In this document: piece after piece, positions 52,001 to 62,369 of the stretch
Layout: the number at the start of each line of letters is the position of its first letter
Position numbering within the stretch: the stretch's first letter is position 1
Virus record (IMG/VR): IMGVR_UViG_3300012271_000010
Coordinates: 1 to 64,000 of that record
Strand: one strand, 5' to 3'
Source: a virus
Length of the DNA: 64,000 nt
Made by a program: the position numbers and the translations under genes
The notes under the pieces: model-generated
Database searches by the model: none
What the model was told of the DNA's origin: nothing
The model's input: the letters and a program-made list of their open reading frames with translations, nothing else

Positions 52001-54687
52001 GCGCCAAATACTTATGTTGGCTCGGCGGATACACAAAAGAATTTACTGATGAACCAGCATTTTTTGATAGTTTCAACAGTCATACTAAAGACAGTGGGAT
52101 TATAAACAGAGTAAATGAGCAAGCCGGGAAAAATTCATGGTTCGATTCTTATGAAGATTACTCACAAGACATTCGTTTGATGGGACAAGATATGTCTTTG
52201 ATTCCTGAATTCCGTATGTCAGAACATATGGAGTTTTATGTTGAAACGAACGGAGGAAACTTCAGAAAAAAGAACAATAAATTCCTTTCTATCGACGGAG
52301 GAAAAGTGCGAAATAGCGCTTTGACTGAAAATACAGAATTGGATTTGAACTTCTCAAATGATTATGTTGTTTCGGATAAGATTAGATTTATCGATGGAAT
52401 CAAAGAAGAACATGGAAATATAGCTAAAGTAGCGAACATTTCACTTAAATGTAAAGGCATCAAAAAACTACTTCCTTATAACGGATTTTATCCTATTACT
52501 AGAACTTTGCAACTTGCAAACTTATTCTCTCAATCATATGGTTCTTCTTTTGTTGGAGGTTATGACAAACTAGAGGTATCATCAAGTGCCGCCGTTAATT
52601 TTTTATTCGTTGACACAAATGAATTTATTGAAAATGAAAATAGTAGAATGAAAGCAGCTCTTGCTCCGTTCTTTGCTCCTGGAATTATGTACAATACTAT
52701 TAAGTCGGGTATTGCTGTAGACTTTCCTGTCTATACAGGATCGCTCTCGACCCCGACAGGTGCATTTCAAGTTTACACTTTTCCTCGTAAATACGAATGG
52801 GGAATAGTTCCGAATTATAGATTTCCTTTTGAAGCGATTATTACTCCTAGTGCTTATTTGCCAAGATCTTCTTCAACTGACAGCAGTAAAGTGCAATATC
52901 AAAAAGCGGATTTCTTTTTTCATACGGGTAATGTTGTTAGTCGAGAGTTCTTCAAATGGACCGGCATCATAAATCCTTTATATGATTTAGCCTCATCTAA
53001 CTTTTTCGCCGAAACAGTGAAATTCTTCTTAAAAGATGAGAAGCTAACAACATTTAGCTCAGCAAAAGAAACTGAATGGGGTCAAACTATTTTCAATAGT
53101 TCTAAAACCTATTATATGGATGTGGTGATTGAAAAAACATCAGATTTAGTAATGATGGAAGCATATAATACTTCTTCTCATTATACTGTAAATCCTGAAC
53201 CACAATTTGGAACGTTTGAAGGTCTTGGTACAAAGAATGGTAGATATTTTGGATTTCCGATGTCAACTCAAGGGAATCCTTCTGTTGCTGAGGCTTATGA
53301 TGATCCTTGTTATGCTGCTTATACACCACCTTATTTCGAAGGCGCTTCATTTGCGAGAATTTCCTTTTCTCCTACTAGTACTAGAGCTTTTTCGCTAGAA
53401 GAGATTTTTGCAAGTTCATCGATATCATATACCCAAGGAGGTTTTGAGAATATGTCTCAAACTTCAACAGCGTATTCTTCTTCAATGCGTGTTTCTTCAT
53501 CGGTCAATATTTTTGGGGTGTCAAATATTCCAAAGGTGACATACGATGAACAAGGAAATATAATTCAGATTGTGGAAGACCAAAACAAGAGATGGGTTAT
53601 TTCTTCTAGAACGGAAACACCAGTATTAGATTTTTCTTCACAACCATTTGAACAAGATTTACTTTATTCTGCATCGGCTGGTGACGCCCGTCTTGCAGCC
53701 ACCGGTTCACATGACAATCAGGCTCATGACCCAAATCAGAGTGGATATGGTCGAGGAATGTGGAGTGGTTACGGCACCACGCCCGCTGGAAGCAAAGGAA
53801 TTTTCCTTAGACTGAGAGAGAGTTTTCCCGAACAAAGTGAAAACCCTTCTTCGACAACAGCTTCATTATTGCAAGTTATGAAATTTAGCGAAAACTCTTC
53901 ACTTGAACAAAAGATTGGTGAATTGGCTGACGTAAAAGAAATTTCGGAAGCGATCATCGCAATTCCATATGTTAAAACTCCTACTAAGAATACTGTCGAG
54001 ATCCTTGGCAAAAACTTTATTAAAATTGATCGTAACATATTCGATTCTCAAAGAGAGAGAATTAAAAAAGGGCAGACCGCTGTTGGAATAGGAGTTCTTT
54101 CTAGTAAAGAGGACATCGCCGAAACTTCGATTTCTAAAATGATTTCAACCATGAATAAACATGTTATGCCGCCACATTATGACTTCTTACAATTTAATGA
54201 TATTGAACCATTTGTGGCTTACACTTTTGAATTTAGGCATAATTTAGACAAGCAGGATTTGGCAGATATCTGGCAAGGGGTGATGCCTAAGATAGCTATT
54301 GTTCCAGAAAAAGATGAGATCGAATTTTCACATCCATCTAACAAATTTGAGTTTTTTCACGGAGAAGAAATGCCGGATGGTTTACGTTGGATGGTATTTA
54401 AGGTTAAGAAGAAGTCTGAAAAGAATTACTTTGCAGTAACAGCAGATTCTTCTGATGATTCTAGATACAGTTTTGACTTCGAAGTTGGTAGAAAAGCTCC
54501 TGAATATAGCTACAATTGGCCATATGATTATTTTTCTCTTGTAGAACTGGCTAATTTAGAAGTTGAAATTGAATATGAAAACAACAATGAAATTGAAAAA
54601 ATCAGACAAGGAAATATAAGAGGACTGGATACTCAGCGCCCCGCTTCCAGTCAACGTGGTTCCTCAAATAAAGGCAAGAAAGTATAA
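49048..54687 (+). CDS. Large structural protein with internal LamG domain
   Basis: FTLSIWF, WHHAVLTFDG, LYLDG, FSGSLSEISIWN.VLT. Confidence 0.65.
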   Translation: MSEIFKTKKKLPFSIVSSSVKTGYNSEISSSFRPNIDIANLHGDNYSSYEDAPAQGPFTEAHVGGNKHRHAPLNAGDDDASNRAEAFLINLDTPGELRVYGPETVDTAYPRASMLRGNAAKSPLNLSNIQSTTGSALLGNYKNEYEVLQTSGRTVNNRFIKNDGEIAVLNPITFFVTGAAEYTLPSRENTETNKFIFVERFNAPGGFDVSSRGMLDRAAEEMASNNALPFRNLKVRLSLRNSLSEHTVPATGLSGSLHKVNRNTLRRPSKSDDGTFTPLYDNGYVNHPIPQSDLQYSWITSSAITTMNELLGYQHSGSHLNKAGAFTDISFSVSGSVIDDDTLTDHLNIRGFNKNFHYINKFDKTLEKDRSFFVFDGQTQTFPGAGQHTNAIDLGNTSLWNHSIGTLGSKKFTLSIWFNLTSFSGSVTTPRLFDFSNEMYLALESGSNNRIDVAFMQDTTGVHVSYFTNSGSAPNIDFGTWHHAVLTFDGTQITSSTPPILYLDGAKVLLQNDDSPTGDMSSFASFANCFVGNRRSVSSADLPFSGSLSEISIWNDVLTEEEQGLLYLATKPPNNIGAPLNYREHKIDQQYPSMRRKLVSWWSGSGRHQRNNVISANGGGSPKTGIFIEDVARINNYHAAMGSGVTKQKVGITSLSFNNGPYQHPIWKQIRTGETPVARFLRHANIITVQDEPILKEIVSNGKRRVIKPKRSSTSTSFVEPPVSSKYKPIKHNLMLKGTVNPLLGHEITHTYANNLSMFANKSLNQRLKIDRLDKQMYDRLVEFYLDSDLPEEDNPIARFLNLIYKETIFPKEENTFLGKTRSRQKYILDLSGFSSEGYDKTFGSQRVFWRDHFSDRQRTVNKAINSQGFIISSSLGGTSAYPIDLHSAYLTSSALASSSVQINTGIALTSQEVIKVWNSPSGSGELNAYAFLENNREAFVSSIPAMFYSDTLVDLDFLSNFHHYTQSFGSLMNTTGTFPLTPPRAKYLCWLGGYTKEFTDEPAFFDSFNSHTKDSGIINRVNEQAGKNSWFDSYEDYSQDIRLMGQDMSLIPEFRMSEHMEFYVETNGGNFRKKNNKFLSIDGGKVRNSALTENTELDLNFSNDYVVSDKIRFIDGIKEEHGNIAKVANISLKCKGIKKLLPYNGFYPITRTLQLANLFSQSYGSSFVGGYDKLEVSSSAAVNFLFVDTNEFIENENSRMKAALAPFFAPGIMYNTIKSGIAVDFPVYTGSLSTPTGAFQVYTFPRKYEWGIVPNYRFPFEAIITPSAYLPRSSSTDSSKVQYQKADFFFHTGNVVSREFFKWTGIINPLYDLASSNFFAETVKFFLKDEKLTTFSSAKETEWGQTIFNSSKTYYMDVVIEKTSDLVMMEAYNTSSHYTVNPEPQFGTFEGLGTKNGRYFGFPMSTQGNPSVAEAYDDPCYAAYTPPYFEGASFARISFSPTSTRAFSLEEIFASSSISYTQGGFENMSQTSTAYSSSMRVSSSVNIFGVSNIPKVTYDEQGNIIQIVEDQNKRWVISSRTETPVLDFSSQPFEQDLLYSASAGDARLAATGSHDNQAHDPNQSGYGRGMWSGYGTTPAGSKGIFLRLRESFPEQSENPSSTTASLLQVMKFSENSSLEQKIGELADVKEISEAIIAIPYVKTPTKNTVEILGKNFIKIDRNIFDSQRERIKKGQTAVGIGVLSSKEDIAETSISKMISTMNKHVMPPHYDFLQFNDIEPFVAYTFEFRHNLDKQDLADIWQGVMPKIAIVPEKDEIEFSHPSNKFEFFHGEEMPDGLRWMVFKVKKKSEKNYFAVTADSSDDSRYSFDFEVGRKAPEYSYNWPYDYFSLVELANLEVEIEYENNNEIEKIRQGNIRGLDTQRPASSQRGSSNKGKKV

Positions 54688-55766
54688 TGACTTTTCTTAA
54701 TAAAAAAGAACAGGTTTTAGATATTGAACTCACTCAGCACGGCAAACGCTTATTGTCTCGTGGTAAGCTGAAGCCAGTCTACTATGCTTTTTTTGATGAC
54801 AATGTCATTTACGATTCTAAATATGGTGGATTCGAAGAAAATAGAAACGACGCCGGACAAAGAATCAAAGACGACACACCAACTACTGAAGTCCAATATG
54901 TTTTCAGTGGTATTGAAACTGATATTAAAAAAGCAGTAGCTCAAAAGAGGACTAATATAAGTGCAGGTCTTGACGAAGGTGTCTTGATCCAAGGTACACC
55001 AGAAAAGCACTATGCCATTTCAGCCCCAATGGGCAATTCTGGTCAAGGTGATATTTTTTCTCCTTCTTGGGGGGTAAGTGTTTTTCAAGGAGAAATCAGT
55101 GGAACAATCGAAGTTGTAACTGGTTCCCAACCGAACACTAAGATTCCTCAAATAAATTTAGAAAACGTAGTATTCAAAACCACTCCTATAACACCTATTA
55201 AAGATAGCCCCGAGGCTCAACAGAATCAACCCTTCGGCGATTTCGGTGACGCCGCCACCGCTACTGTGTCTGATTTAAACTTTGCCTCAAGTCGATTTGA
55301 GGACGGTTCTTTTATACAAATAGAAGAAGACTTTATACTTCTTGAAGTTTCTGAGGAAAACGTCGATAATTTAAGTAAGAATTTCGATATTGAAGTTTTT
55401 ATTCAAGAGGTTGACGACATTACAGGGCAGGATGTTTTTATTCCTTTATACTTTGATGTTAAAAAACCCTTAGTTATAAACGATATACTTGTGGACCAAG
55501 ACGACGACTTACCACTAGAAAACCGAGCATTAGATCCTACTTATGTTGATCACTTTTTTCATGTCTATGTAGATGACGAGATTAGTAAAGATGTTCTTTG
55601 CAGAAAAGTTCCTTTATCTGTTCTAGAAGCAAGTTTCCCGGCTGATTTCATAGATTGTGATAAATTTATTGAACCACGTTTAGTTAATAACACTTTAGTA
55701 ATTGATGCTGGTGGATTGTACGATAGTGATGTAACTGAAGCTGATATTGATCCAGATTGTGATTAG
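54687..55766 (+). CDS. Putative baseplate structural protein
   Basis: DIELT..G...L..G....YYAFFDD..IY N-terminus, similar to 62370. Confidence 0.55.
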   Translation: MTFLNKKEQVLDIELTQHGKRLLSRGKLKPVYYAFFDDNVIYDSKYGGFEENRNDAGQRIKDDTPTTEVQYVFSGIETDIKKAVAQKRTNISAGLDEGVLIQGTPEKHYAISAPMGNSGQGDIFSPSWGVSVFQGEISGTIEVVTGSQPNTKIPQINLENVVFKTTPITPIKDSPEAQQNQPFGDFGDAATATVSDLNFASSRFEDGSFIQIEEDFILLEVSEENVDNLSKNFDIEVFIQEVDDITGQDVFIPLYFDVKKPLVINDILVDQDDDLPLENRALDPTYVDHFFHVYVDDEISKDVLCRKVPLSVLEASFPADFIDCDKFIEPRLVNNTLVIDAGGLYDSDVTEADIDPDCD

Positions 55767-55781
55767 GGAAGGAAAGTTTAG

Positions 55782-58700
55782 ATGGTAACAGTAAATCAAG
55801 AAGATCTATTGGGGGAACTTATTCCTGATGTTTATATTAGGAAGATTACTCTTGAAACATCAGGAACTCCAAATACCGATTCCAATCCGCACATTGATCA
55901 TAAGAGGGAATCTCTTCCTTCAAAAATGCAAAAAGATTCAGATTCACTGATTGTAACGTTAGAACTTTTGATGAAAGAGAAGTTAGACAATGATCTCATC
56001 GGAACCTGGTTTGCCAATCAGGATTTGAACAAATATTTAGAAATAAAAGTATTCCAAAGCACAGATCCTAAAGTTACAGCAATTTTATCAGCTGGAACTG
56101 ACCTGTTGGAACTCGTTGAACCAAATAAGCACGTTCCAGTTACAGACTTGAAGGTTAAATTAGCAGCTACTGTTTTTGAAGTTAGTAATTTTGAAAATGT
56201 TTTCGAAAGACTGAACAACGAAACAGTTTTTAAAAAATTCAAAGCAAGTAAAGCTGGTACTGGTGTTGAGCCGAAAATTAGCCAATATAAACAAATCGTT
56301 GACGATGAAGGAAATAGAGTTTTCAACATAACTTACCAACAAAGGTTTGAATTAAACGACTCAAACCCAGAACATTTAGCTTATTTTGCTGTTACTTCAC
56401 TTGATTTAGAAAAACTTGCTAAAGAATTCGAGATAGATTTCGATTCCATCGGTCTTGAGTCGACTAACGGCAAGATTGCTTCTGATATCGTTATTGATGA
56501 TTTTAAAGTAGTGAATAAGAGTTTCACATTTTTAGATCCGCAAGGCAAGATTTGGACAGGATCAGTTCACCAACGTGATGGGGTATTTCGTTCTAATAGC
56601 ACTGAAACTTCAAACTCTTTTGATTTAGAACAAGTTTTTGTTTCAAATTCAAAAATACAAGACTTTAGAGATGTGAAAGAAATTGAACGTTTGACTTTAA
56701 ATCTTGATAAGTTAGAACGTATTTTCGCCAAGAATAATCTTACTAAAGTTTTGTCGAACGATATCATTGGTCCAACTAATGAATCAAATTATTTTTCCAA
56801 CATGTTGTTGTCTCGCGATAAGGACGGCGACGCTAAATTCTTTTTTTCTATCGATTTCAATAAGCTGATAGAAGAAAATGCTATTTTAGGAAATCTGTTT
56901 GCTTCTTCTAATATGAAAATGAAGAGAGAGATAATTAAAAATGCACACATTCGTTCTTTAAGAATACTGAGAAGAAGAATTGTAAAAAGTAAAGATGTAA
57001 ATTCTCTTGGAACTCCTGATTTGGTTAGAGTTTTTGATAAAGAAGAACCTTTGGAGTTAATCGCAATTTCGAGTGAGAAAAGATGGAAGAGTTTTAACCC
57101 TTCTAAGTTAGAAATGGGTTCAATTAAAGAAATTGATTTGACAACTAGAACTAACTCTGAATTAGTTCGCCATTTCACAGGTATGGATTTGTCCATGTCA
57201 GAGGTGACTGATGGGTTGTATCAATACATCATTGAATTGGAAATAGACGACGCCACAGTTACTTTTTTGAAAGATAAAGTGAAAGAACTTTCATTAGCTA
57301 AAAACGTCTTATCTTTATATCTGGGAGAGGCAAGTCAACCTTCTATGTCAAAATATCTAGAAGAAGTAAGAAATCCTCATATTGTTCACCCTTCAGAGTT
57401 TTCTGGAACAAAGGGAACGATTGCAGGTGCATTTGATATTCCTTCAAACCGGTTCACACAAAACTTTATCAATGAGCAACGTAGAAAATATGCAGGTCGC
57501 ATGACGTCGTCACCTTGGATCTCCTCAGTTGTCACCTACGTTAGTATTTTAGATTTATTGACTGACGCATTTGAAAGTGAATCTTCTCGTCAAAAATTCA
57601 TAAATTCTTTATATTCATATGTTTCTCCAAATACTGGAAATCCAACAGGAATTTCCTCAGTAATAAAATTGATTGATAAATTGATTTCTTCTCTGTCTGG
57701 AATAGCGGGTGTTTCTAACGAAACAACTCCTCGCCCTTTTGATGGCACCACGAAGTCAACTCTACAGAGTCCCATTTTAAACCCAGGAAGAGGAAACAAG
57801 AGGACTTTTAAAGTTTCCAAAGCATTCAATGAAGTTTTTGATAGTAATATCGTAAAAGGAGCTGGACTGGATTATCTCTCTTCTGGAGAAGATGAGACTG
57901 AAAATGATGATGGTCTTCGTACAATTAAAAACGAGAATTATAAACTTAGAGTTGATTTAGAAACTCTCAAATATTATAAAGATCCAGAACCAAATATAGA
58001 TTTGTCTTTCGGAGGTGAACAATTCACAGAAGGTGACAATATCAAAGCAACAAACTTTTCATTTTTGTCTCCTTCTAGAGTTGATTTTTCAAGAAAATCT
58101 TTCATCTTGTCTGAGGGCGGACGTAAAAACTCTTCTGTTAAAACGGCAAAAGATAAAAAACAAAGAGCCATTAAACACATCGATGATATAGAAGCAAGAA
58201 AGGAAGATGTTGCTACAGATATTCTCACCTCTATTTTACTTCAGTCATCGACTGGCTCTCCTATTGATTATAGTTCAAATGAAGTTAAAAGCGAAGTGAA
58301 ACTAAATCAAAGAAAAATACGTCATAAATTCGAAAATTATATCTCAAAACAAGTCTCTACAACAATCAAAACTGCAAGAACAAAAACAGTTAAGGATGTA
58401 AACGATGACACAATTTCTTTGAAATCGATCCGCAAGGTTGAACCATTAGAAACAAAAAATACTTTAGAAGAAGAAAATGAAGATTTTTCTAAGAGTCAAG
58501 ATGTAACAATGCAAGATGAAAGCTTTCCTTTGAATCAATTTTATATTGCGATTTCTAAACCGATGATTCAAAAATCAACACCTCTCTTAGATAAGCTTAG
58601 TTTAAGAGAACTCAGTGTTGTCTCAACTTCAGGTAGACCAGATGCTGTAAAAACTATACATGGTCTAAATAAAGTGATCACAGAGAATCAGTTAAAATCT

Positions 58701-59573
58701 CTACCTAATCAGTTAAAAGCTGTTTTCCTTCAAACCTCTACCCAGAATGTGCTTAGAGCCTCAAAGATGAATTCGATTAGTATTTCAAATTCTTCAGATA
58801 AGAGAAAATATTCCGCCTCCGCTATATTAGATTTTGAAATGCTTAGAAAAATAGAGTATTTTACTGGATATGGAAAGAATCAAGAAGAAGAGCTTTTGAT
58901 AAAAGAGAGGAACTGGAAGCCACTTACTGATGAAGCAAATAACCTTCTTGTCGGCAACAATATACTATGTCGTTCAATTCCTTATGAAGAAACTTCACTT
59001 GGAATTATCCCTAATAAAGGATTATCTACTATTGTTTATGATGAGTATTTCATTCTTCAGCCTAAATTCAGAGAGATTTTTGAATCTTTTGGAGAAATAG
59101 AGATCAATGTAGCTGTTCCCAAAGAAACGTTTGAGTTAGGTGTTCAAGGAACTACGGTTGCAGCACCAGTATCAATTGTAAATGAAATTCTTGCAACTGA
59201 TGAAAAGACAAATAGGTTTGAAGGAGAATTTACTTCGAACAACATAATGATTCAAACTTTATTTTCTGATGCAGCAGAAGAAGCATCCTCTAATATACGC
59301 GAAAGCTCTTCGGCAGTAGACGCATTGAGAAACAGAGCTGGAGACGGTTTTATAGAGGCATTAGGACTTTCAGAAGACCAAGCTCTTATAATGTTAAATT
59401 CTATTCCTTCTAACCTATCTACGGAGACGGAAGTTGTTCAATTTATAGGACAAACATTAGAAGAAGCAAATCTTGTTGATAGTGAAAACGCTTTAAACCT
59501 AAACGTCGATACGGTAGATTCAAGAACTATAAGAACATCAATTTCAGATTTGATCAAAAAGAGTAGAAGATAA
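55782..59573 (+). CDS. Large hypothetical (probable virion) protein
   Basis: 1263 aa ORF in the structural operon. Confidence 0.6.
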   Translation: MVTVNQEDLLGELIPDVYIRKITLETSGTPNTDSNPHIDHKRESLPSKMQKDSDSLIVTLELLMKEKLDNDLIGTWFANQDLNKYLEIKVFQSTDPKVTAILSAGTDLLELVEPNKHVPVTDLKVKLAATVFEVSNFENVFERLNNETVFKKFKASKAGTGVEPKISQYKQIVDDEGNRVFNITYQQRFELNDSNPEHLAYFAVTSLDLEKLAKEFEIDFDSIGLESTNGKIASDIVIDDFKVVNKSFTFLDPQGKIWTGSVHQRDGVFRSNSTETSNSFDLEQVFVSNSKIQDFRDVKEIERLTLNLDKLERIFAKNNLTKVLSNDIIGPTNESNYFSNMLLSRDKDGDAKFFFSIDFNKLIEENAILGNLFASSNMKMKREIIKNAHIRSLRILRRRIVKSKDVNSLGTPDLVRVFDKEEPLELIAISSEKRWKSFNPSKLEMGSIKEIDLTTRTNSELVRHFTGMDLSMSEVTDGLYQYIIELEIDDATVTFLKDKVKELSLAKNVLSLYLGEASQPSMSKYLEEVRNPHIVHPSEFSGTKGTIAGAFDIPSNRFTQNFINEQRRKYAGRMTSSPWISSVVTYVSILDLLTDAFESESSRQKFINSLYSYVSPNTGNPTGISSVIKLIDKLISSLSGIAGVSNETTPRPFDGTTKSTLQSPILNPGRGNKRTFKVSKAFNEVFDSNIVKGAGLDYLSSGEDETENDDGLRTIKNENYKLRVDLETLKYYKDPEPNIDLSFGGEQFTEGDNIKATNFSFLSPSRVDFSRKSFILSEGGRKNSSVKTAKDKKQRAIKHIDDIEARKEDVATDILTSILLQSSTGSPIDYSSNEVKSEVKLNQRKIRHKFENYISKQVSTTIKTARTKTVKDVNDDTISLKSIRKVEPLETKNTLEEENEDFSKSQDVTMQDESFPLNQFYIAISKPMIQKSTPLLDKLSLRELSVVSTSGRPDAVKTIHGLNKVITENQLKSLPNQLKAVFLQTSTQNVLRASKMNSISISNSSDKRKYSASAILDFEMLRKIEYFTGYGKNQEEELLIKERNWKPLTDEANNLLVGNNILCRSIPYEETSLGIIPNKGLSTIVYDEYFILQPKFREIFESFGEIEINVAVPKETFELGVQGTTVAAPVSIVNEILATDEKTNRFEGEFTSNNIMIQTLFSDAAEEASSNIRESSSAVDALRNRAGDGFIEALGLSEDQALIMLNSIPSNLSTETEVVQFIGQTLEEANLVDSENALNLNVDTVDSRTIRTSISDLIKKSRR

Positions 59574-62290
59574 TGGCATTTAAGATTACAAAAGATATAA
59601 TTGATACGGTTTTGAAGAAAGATTCTAAAGAAGAAAAGAGAAATATCAATAACCCGAAAAAGAAAAACTTAAATCCTCCTGTGAAGATTAATAGTAAGAA
59701 ATCTGTTAAAAAAATAGTCCCTGTCTTTGCTGTTGGAAATTTGATTCCTTTAAATCAGGAATTTAAAGCCTTATTGCAAACGGCAGAAGCGATTCCAGAA
59801 GATAAATCTGTCCCTAAAGAACCAAAGAAAGAAGATACTGTTCCCAGTACGGAAGTTTTATCAACTGGTAAGAGGCACTTTTCGATAGATAGCAATGCTT
59901 TTGGTTCTAGAACAAAAGATTTTTTAGCTTCTCCCATTGAAGAAAAGAAATCTTTTTCAACGGATTCTGTTCGCGGAAATTCTGCCAAATATTGGTCAAT
60001 TGATTCTAAAGATAAGAATTTCGTCTTTGTAGAAGATGAGCTTGGCTCCTCATCGCGAAGTACAACACCATATGAACTGGATTTTTATACTCCCTATAAT
60101 TCAAAAGAAGATAGCGATTTTGGTCGTACAGAACAATGGGTTTCTATGAAAAGTAATATGAAACTTTTCGAGAATTCAAATAAGAAATTTTCTAAAGATT
60201 TTTGGAATTCGTATATCGCAGGAGGGGAATATAAGGGTACCTCTAAAAGAAGTAAGGGAGAACCTATTTTCTATGATCCTGTCGTTAAAATGAATCAAAT
60301 ATTCTCTGATCATTCTTATGAAATGCCTCTTCCATTTACTAATAAAGAGATTGAAGATTTTCAAGTTCCAAGAGGTTCTCTAGTTTCTAAAATTGATCAT
60401 GAATACAATTTTTATATTGAGGAATATGAAAATACAATTTCTAGAAAGAAAGAGGTATTAGATAATACGTTACCAAATATGTATGTCTTTATGTCTGAAC
60501 TTAAAAATGAAAAACCTAATCCTGAATTTAAAAACTTCATTACTCTTGATGATACCTTGGTAACTGATGAACAATTATCTCGAAATGGTACAAGTCGTAA
60601 CAAGTTTGATATCAAGACACATCCAATTGGACAGTATTACGATATTTATGCGAGACAGTACACCAATGCTGTAGAGAAGGGCGCTGTAGAGCGTCTGAAC
60701 AAGAAGTTTTCGAACATTGTTGTGCCTTTGGAAGAAATTGGATTGTTTAACTCTTTCAACGAAAGTAGTGAGATGTTTCCTATGCTTGTAGATATCACTA
60801 TTGGTACCGACAAGACTACTACTTTCGCTCAAATCCTAAAAGATTCAAAATTAACCAATTCATTTATTACTAGGCTTGTTAATCGACATATTAATTCTAA
60901 ATCTTCCACATTGAGTACTGAAGTTTCAATGGAAACTATTGTACAACGAGATGATGGAACCACAAAGAGAAAAGTATCAAAGTTTGAATCAGTGAATAAA
61001 AGGACGTGGGATTTAGCAGAACTGGTAGAAGGTCTCCGCCAAGACGAAGAAAAATTAAATAGCAGTTCAGCGATTTTTCTAGGAAATTACGACCAAGAAG
61101 CTGAAGCGAACAGCGGTCCGCAGTTTAAATTCTTCAAATCATTAATGTTTTCGATTTTTCAAGGAAAGTTTCAAAGTTTAATTAAACAAAAAACCAGAAC
61201 AATTAAAGAAGTCATGTCTGGAACCCCAGCTTATTCTGAAACTGTCTTGTATAGAATTTCTAAACATGAAGGAAATTCTAATAGTCAACCAATTCAAAAT
61301 TTTTGGCTTCCAAATTCGAACGAAATCGATGTTTTAAGATTTCTTGATACTCAGGTGAAATACTCTAAAAGATATTTTTATAAAGTTTGGGCTTATCAAC
61401 TTGTAATCGGGAGTAAGTACTGGTATACGGATTTAGATGTTCAAAGTTACGATCATCACGCATCTTTCAAGACCCATATGGAGCCATCAGTAATGTTGGT
61501 TGAAACTTTGTATTCTGACGCCACTGTGAGAGTAATGGATAAACCTCCAGTACCTCCAGATGTGGACATTATTCCTTACAAAGGAGTTGACAATGAAATT
61601 CTCTTCTACTTGAAGGGTAACGTTGGCGATTTTGAAGCCGAACCGGTCTTAATTCAATCTACAGATCAGGCTATTTTCAACAATATACGAGATTCGCAAA
61701 AGAAAGATATAGATGAAAAGATTCTCTTTGGATCTGATGATCATCCTTCTACGTTCCAGATATTTAGAATTGAAAATAAACCTAGATCGTATTCTGACTT
61801 CACAAACAATATTCGAGCAAGAGTAAATATCGATATATCATTAGAATCTAAACAAAAAGCTACATCAGCTTCTTTTGTAGACTCTGTTTCTCCAAACACT
61901 AAATACTATTATATTATAAGAACAATAGATATACACGGTCATGTATCAAATCCATCTCCAATTTACGAAGTGGAAATTATTAACGAAAATGGTCTAATTT
62001 TTCCTTTGATAAAGTGTGTTGATTTTGATAAAGAAAACAATGAGACAAACAAACCAGCACGAAGATTTATACAAATCGTTCCAAATATACTTCAGACACT
62101 AATTAATGAAGAGAAGTCAGGATATGAAGAAGCGGAAACCGCTGAAGACATTAAGAGAAAATTACATCTTGGTGTGACATCAGATGCTGTTTGGGACAAA
62201 AGGTTTAAAATAAGATTGACTTCTAAATCTACTGGTAAGAAAATTGAGCTGAATTTGGGATTTGAACACAAACACTCAGAGAAAGCTTAA
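59573..62290 (+). CDS. Large hypothetical protein with C-terminal FN3-like repeats
   Basis: F.DTQVKY.K.Y.Y.V.A and F.DSV.PNTKYYY.IR...HG..S motifs. Confidence 0.6.
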   Translation: MAFKITKDIIDTVLKKDSKEEKRNINNPKKKNLNPPVKINSKKSVKKIVPVFAVGNLIPLNQEFKALLQTAEAIPEDKSVPKEPKKEDTVPSTEVLSTGKRHFSIDSNAFGSRTKDFLASPIEEKKSFSTDSVRGNSAKYWSIDSKDKNFVFVEDELGSSSRSTTPYELDFYTPYNSKEDSDFGRTEQWVSMKSNMKLFENSNKKFSKDFWNSYIAGGEYKGTSKRSKGEPIFYDPVVKMNQIFSDHSYEMPLPFTNKEIEDFQVPRGSLVSKIDHEYNFYIEEYENTISRKKEVLDNTLPNMYVFMSELKNEKPNPEFKNFITLDDTLVTDEQLSRNGTSRNKFDIKTHPIGQYYDIYARQYTNAVEKGAVERLNKKFSNIVVPLEEIGLFNSFNESSEMFPMLVDITIGTDKTTTFAQILKDSKLTNSFITRLVNRHINSKSSTLSTEVSMETIVQRDDGTTKRKVSKFESVNKRTWDLAELVEGLRQDEEKLNSSSAIFLGNYDQEAEANSGPQFKFFKSLMFSIFQGKFQSLIKQKTRTIKEVMSGTPAYSETVLYRISKHEGNSNSQPIQNFWLPNSNEIDVLRFLDTQVKYSKRYFYKVWAYQLVIGSKYWYTDLDVQSYDHHASFKTHMEPSVMLVETLYSDATVRVMDKPPVPPDVDIIPYKGVDNEILFYLKGNVGDFEAEPVLIQSTDQAIFNNIRDSQKKDIDEKILFGSDDHPSTFQIFRIENKPRSYSDFTNNIRARVNIDISLESKQKATSASFVDSVSPNTKYYYIIRTIDIHGHVSNPSPIYEVEIINENGLIFPLIKCVDFDKENNETNKPARRFIQIVPNILQTLINEEKSGYEEAETAEDIKRKLHLGVTSDAVWDKRFKIRLTSKSTGKKIELNLGFEHKHSEKA

Positions 62291-62369
62291 ATTACTAGTT
62301 GAAAGAAGGTAGAATAACTAGTTAGAAAGATGCAGTAGAATAAACTATTGCGAAGGAGAACAAAAAGAT

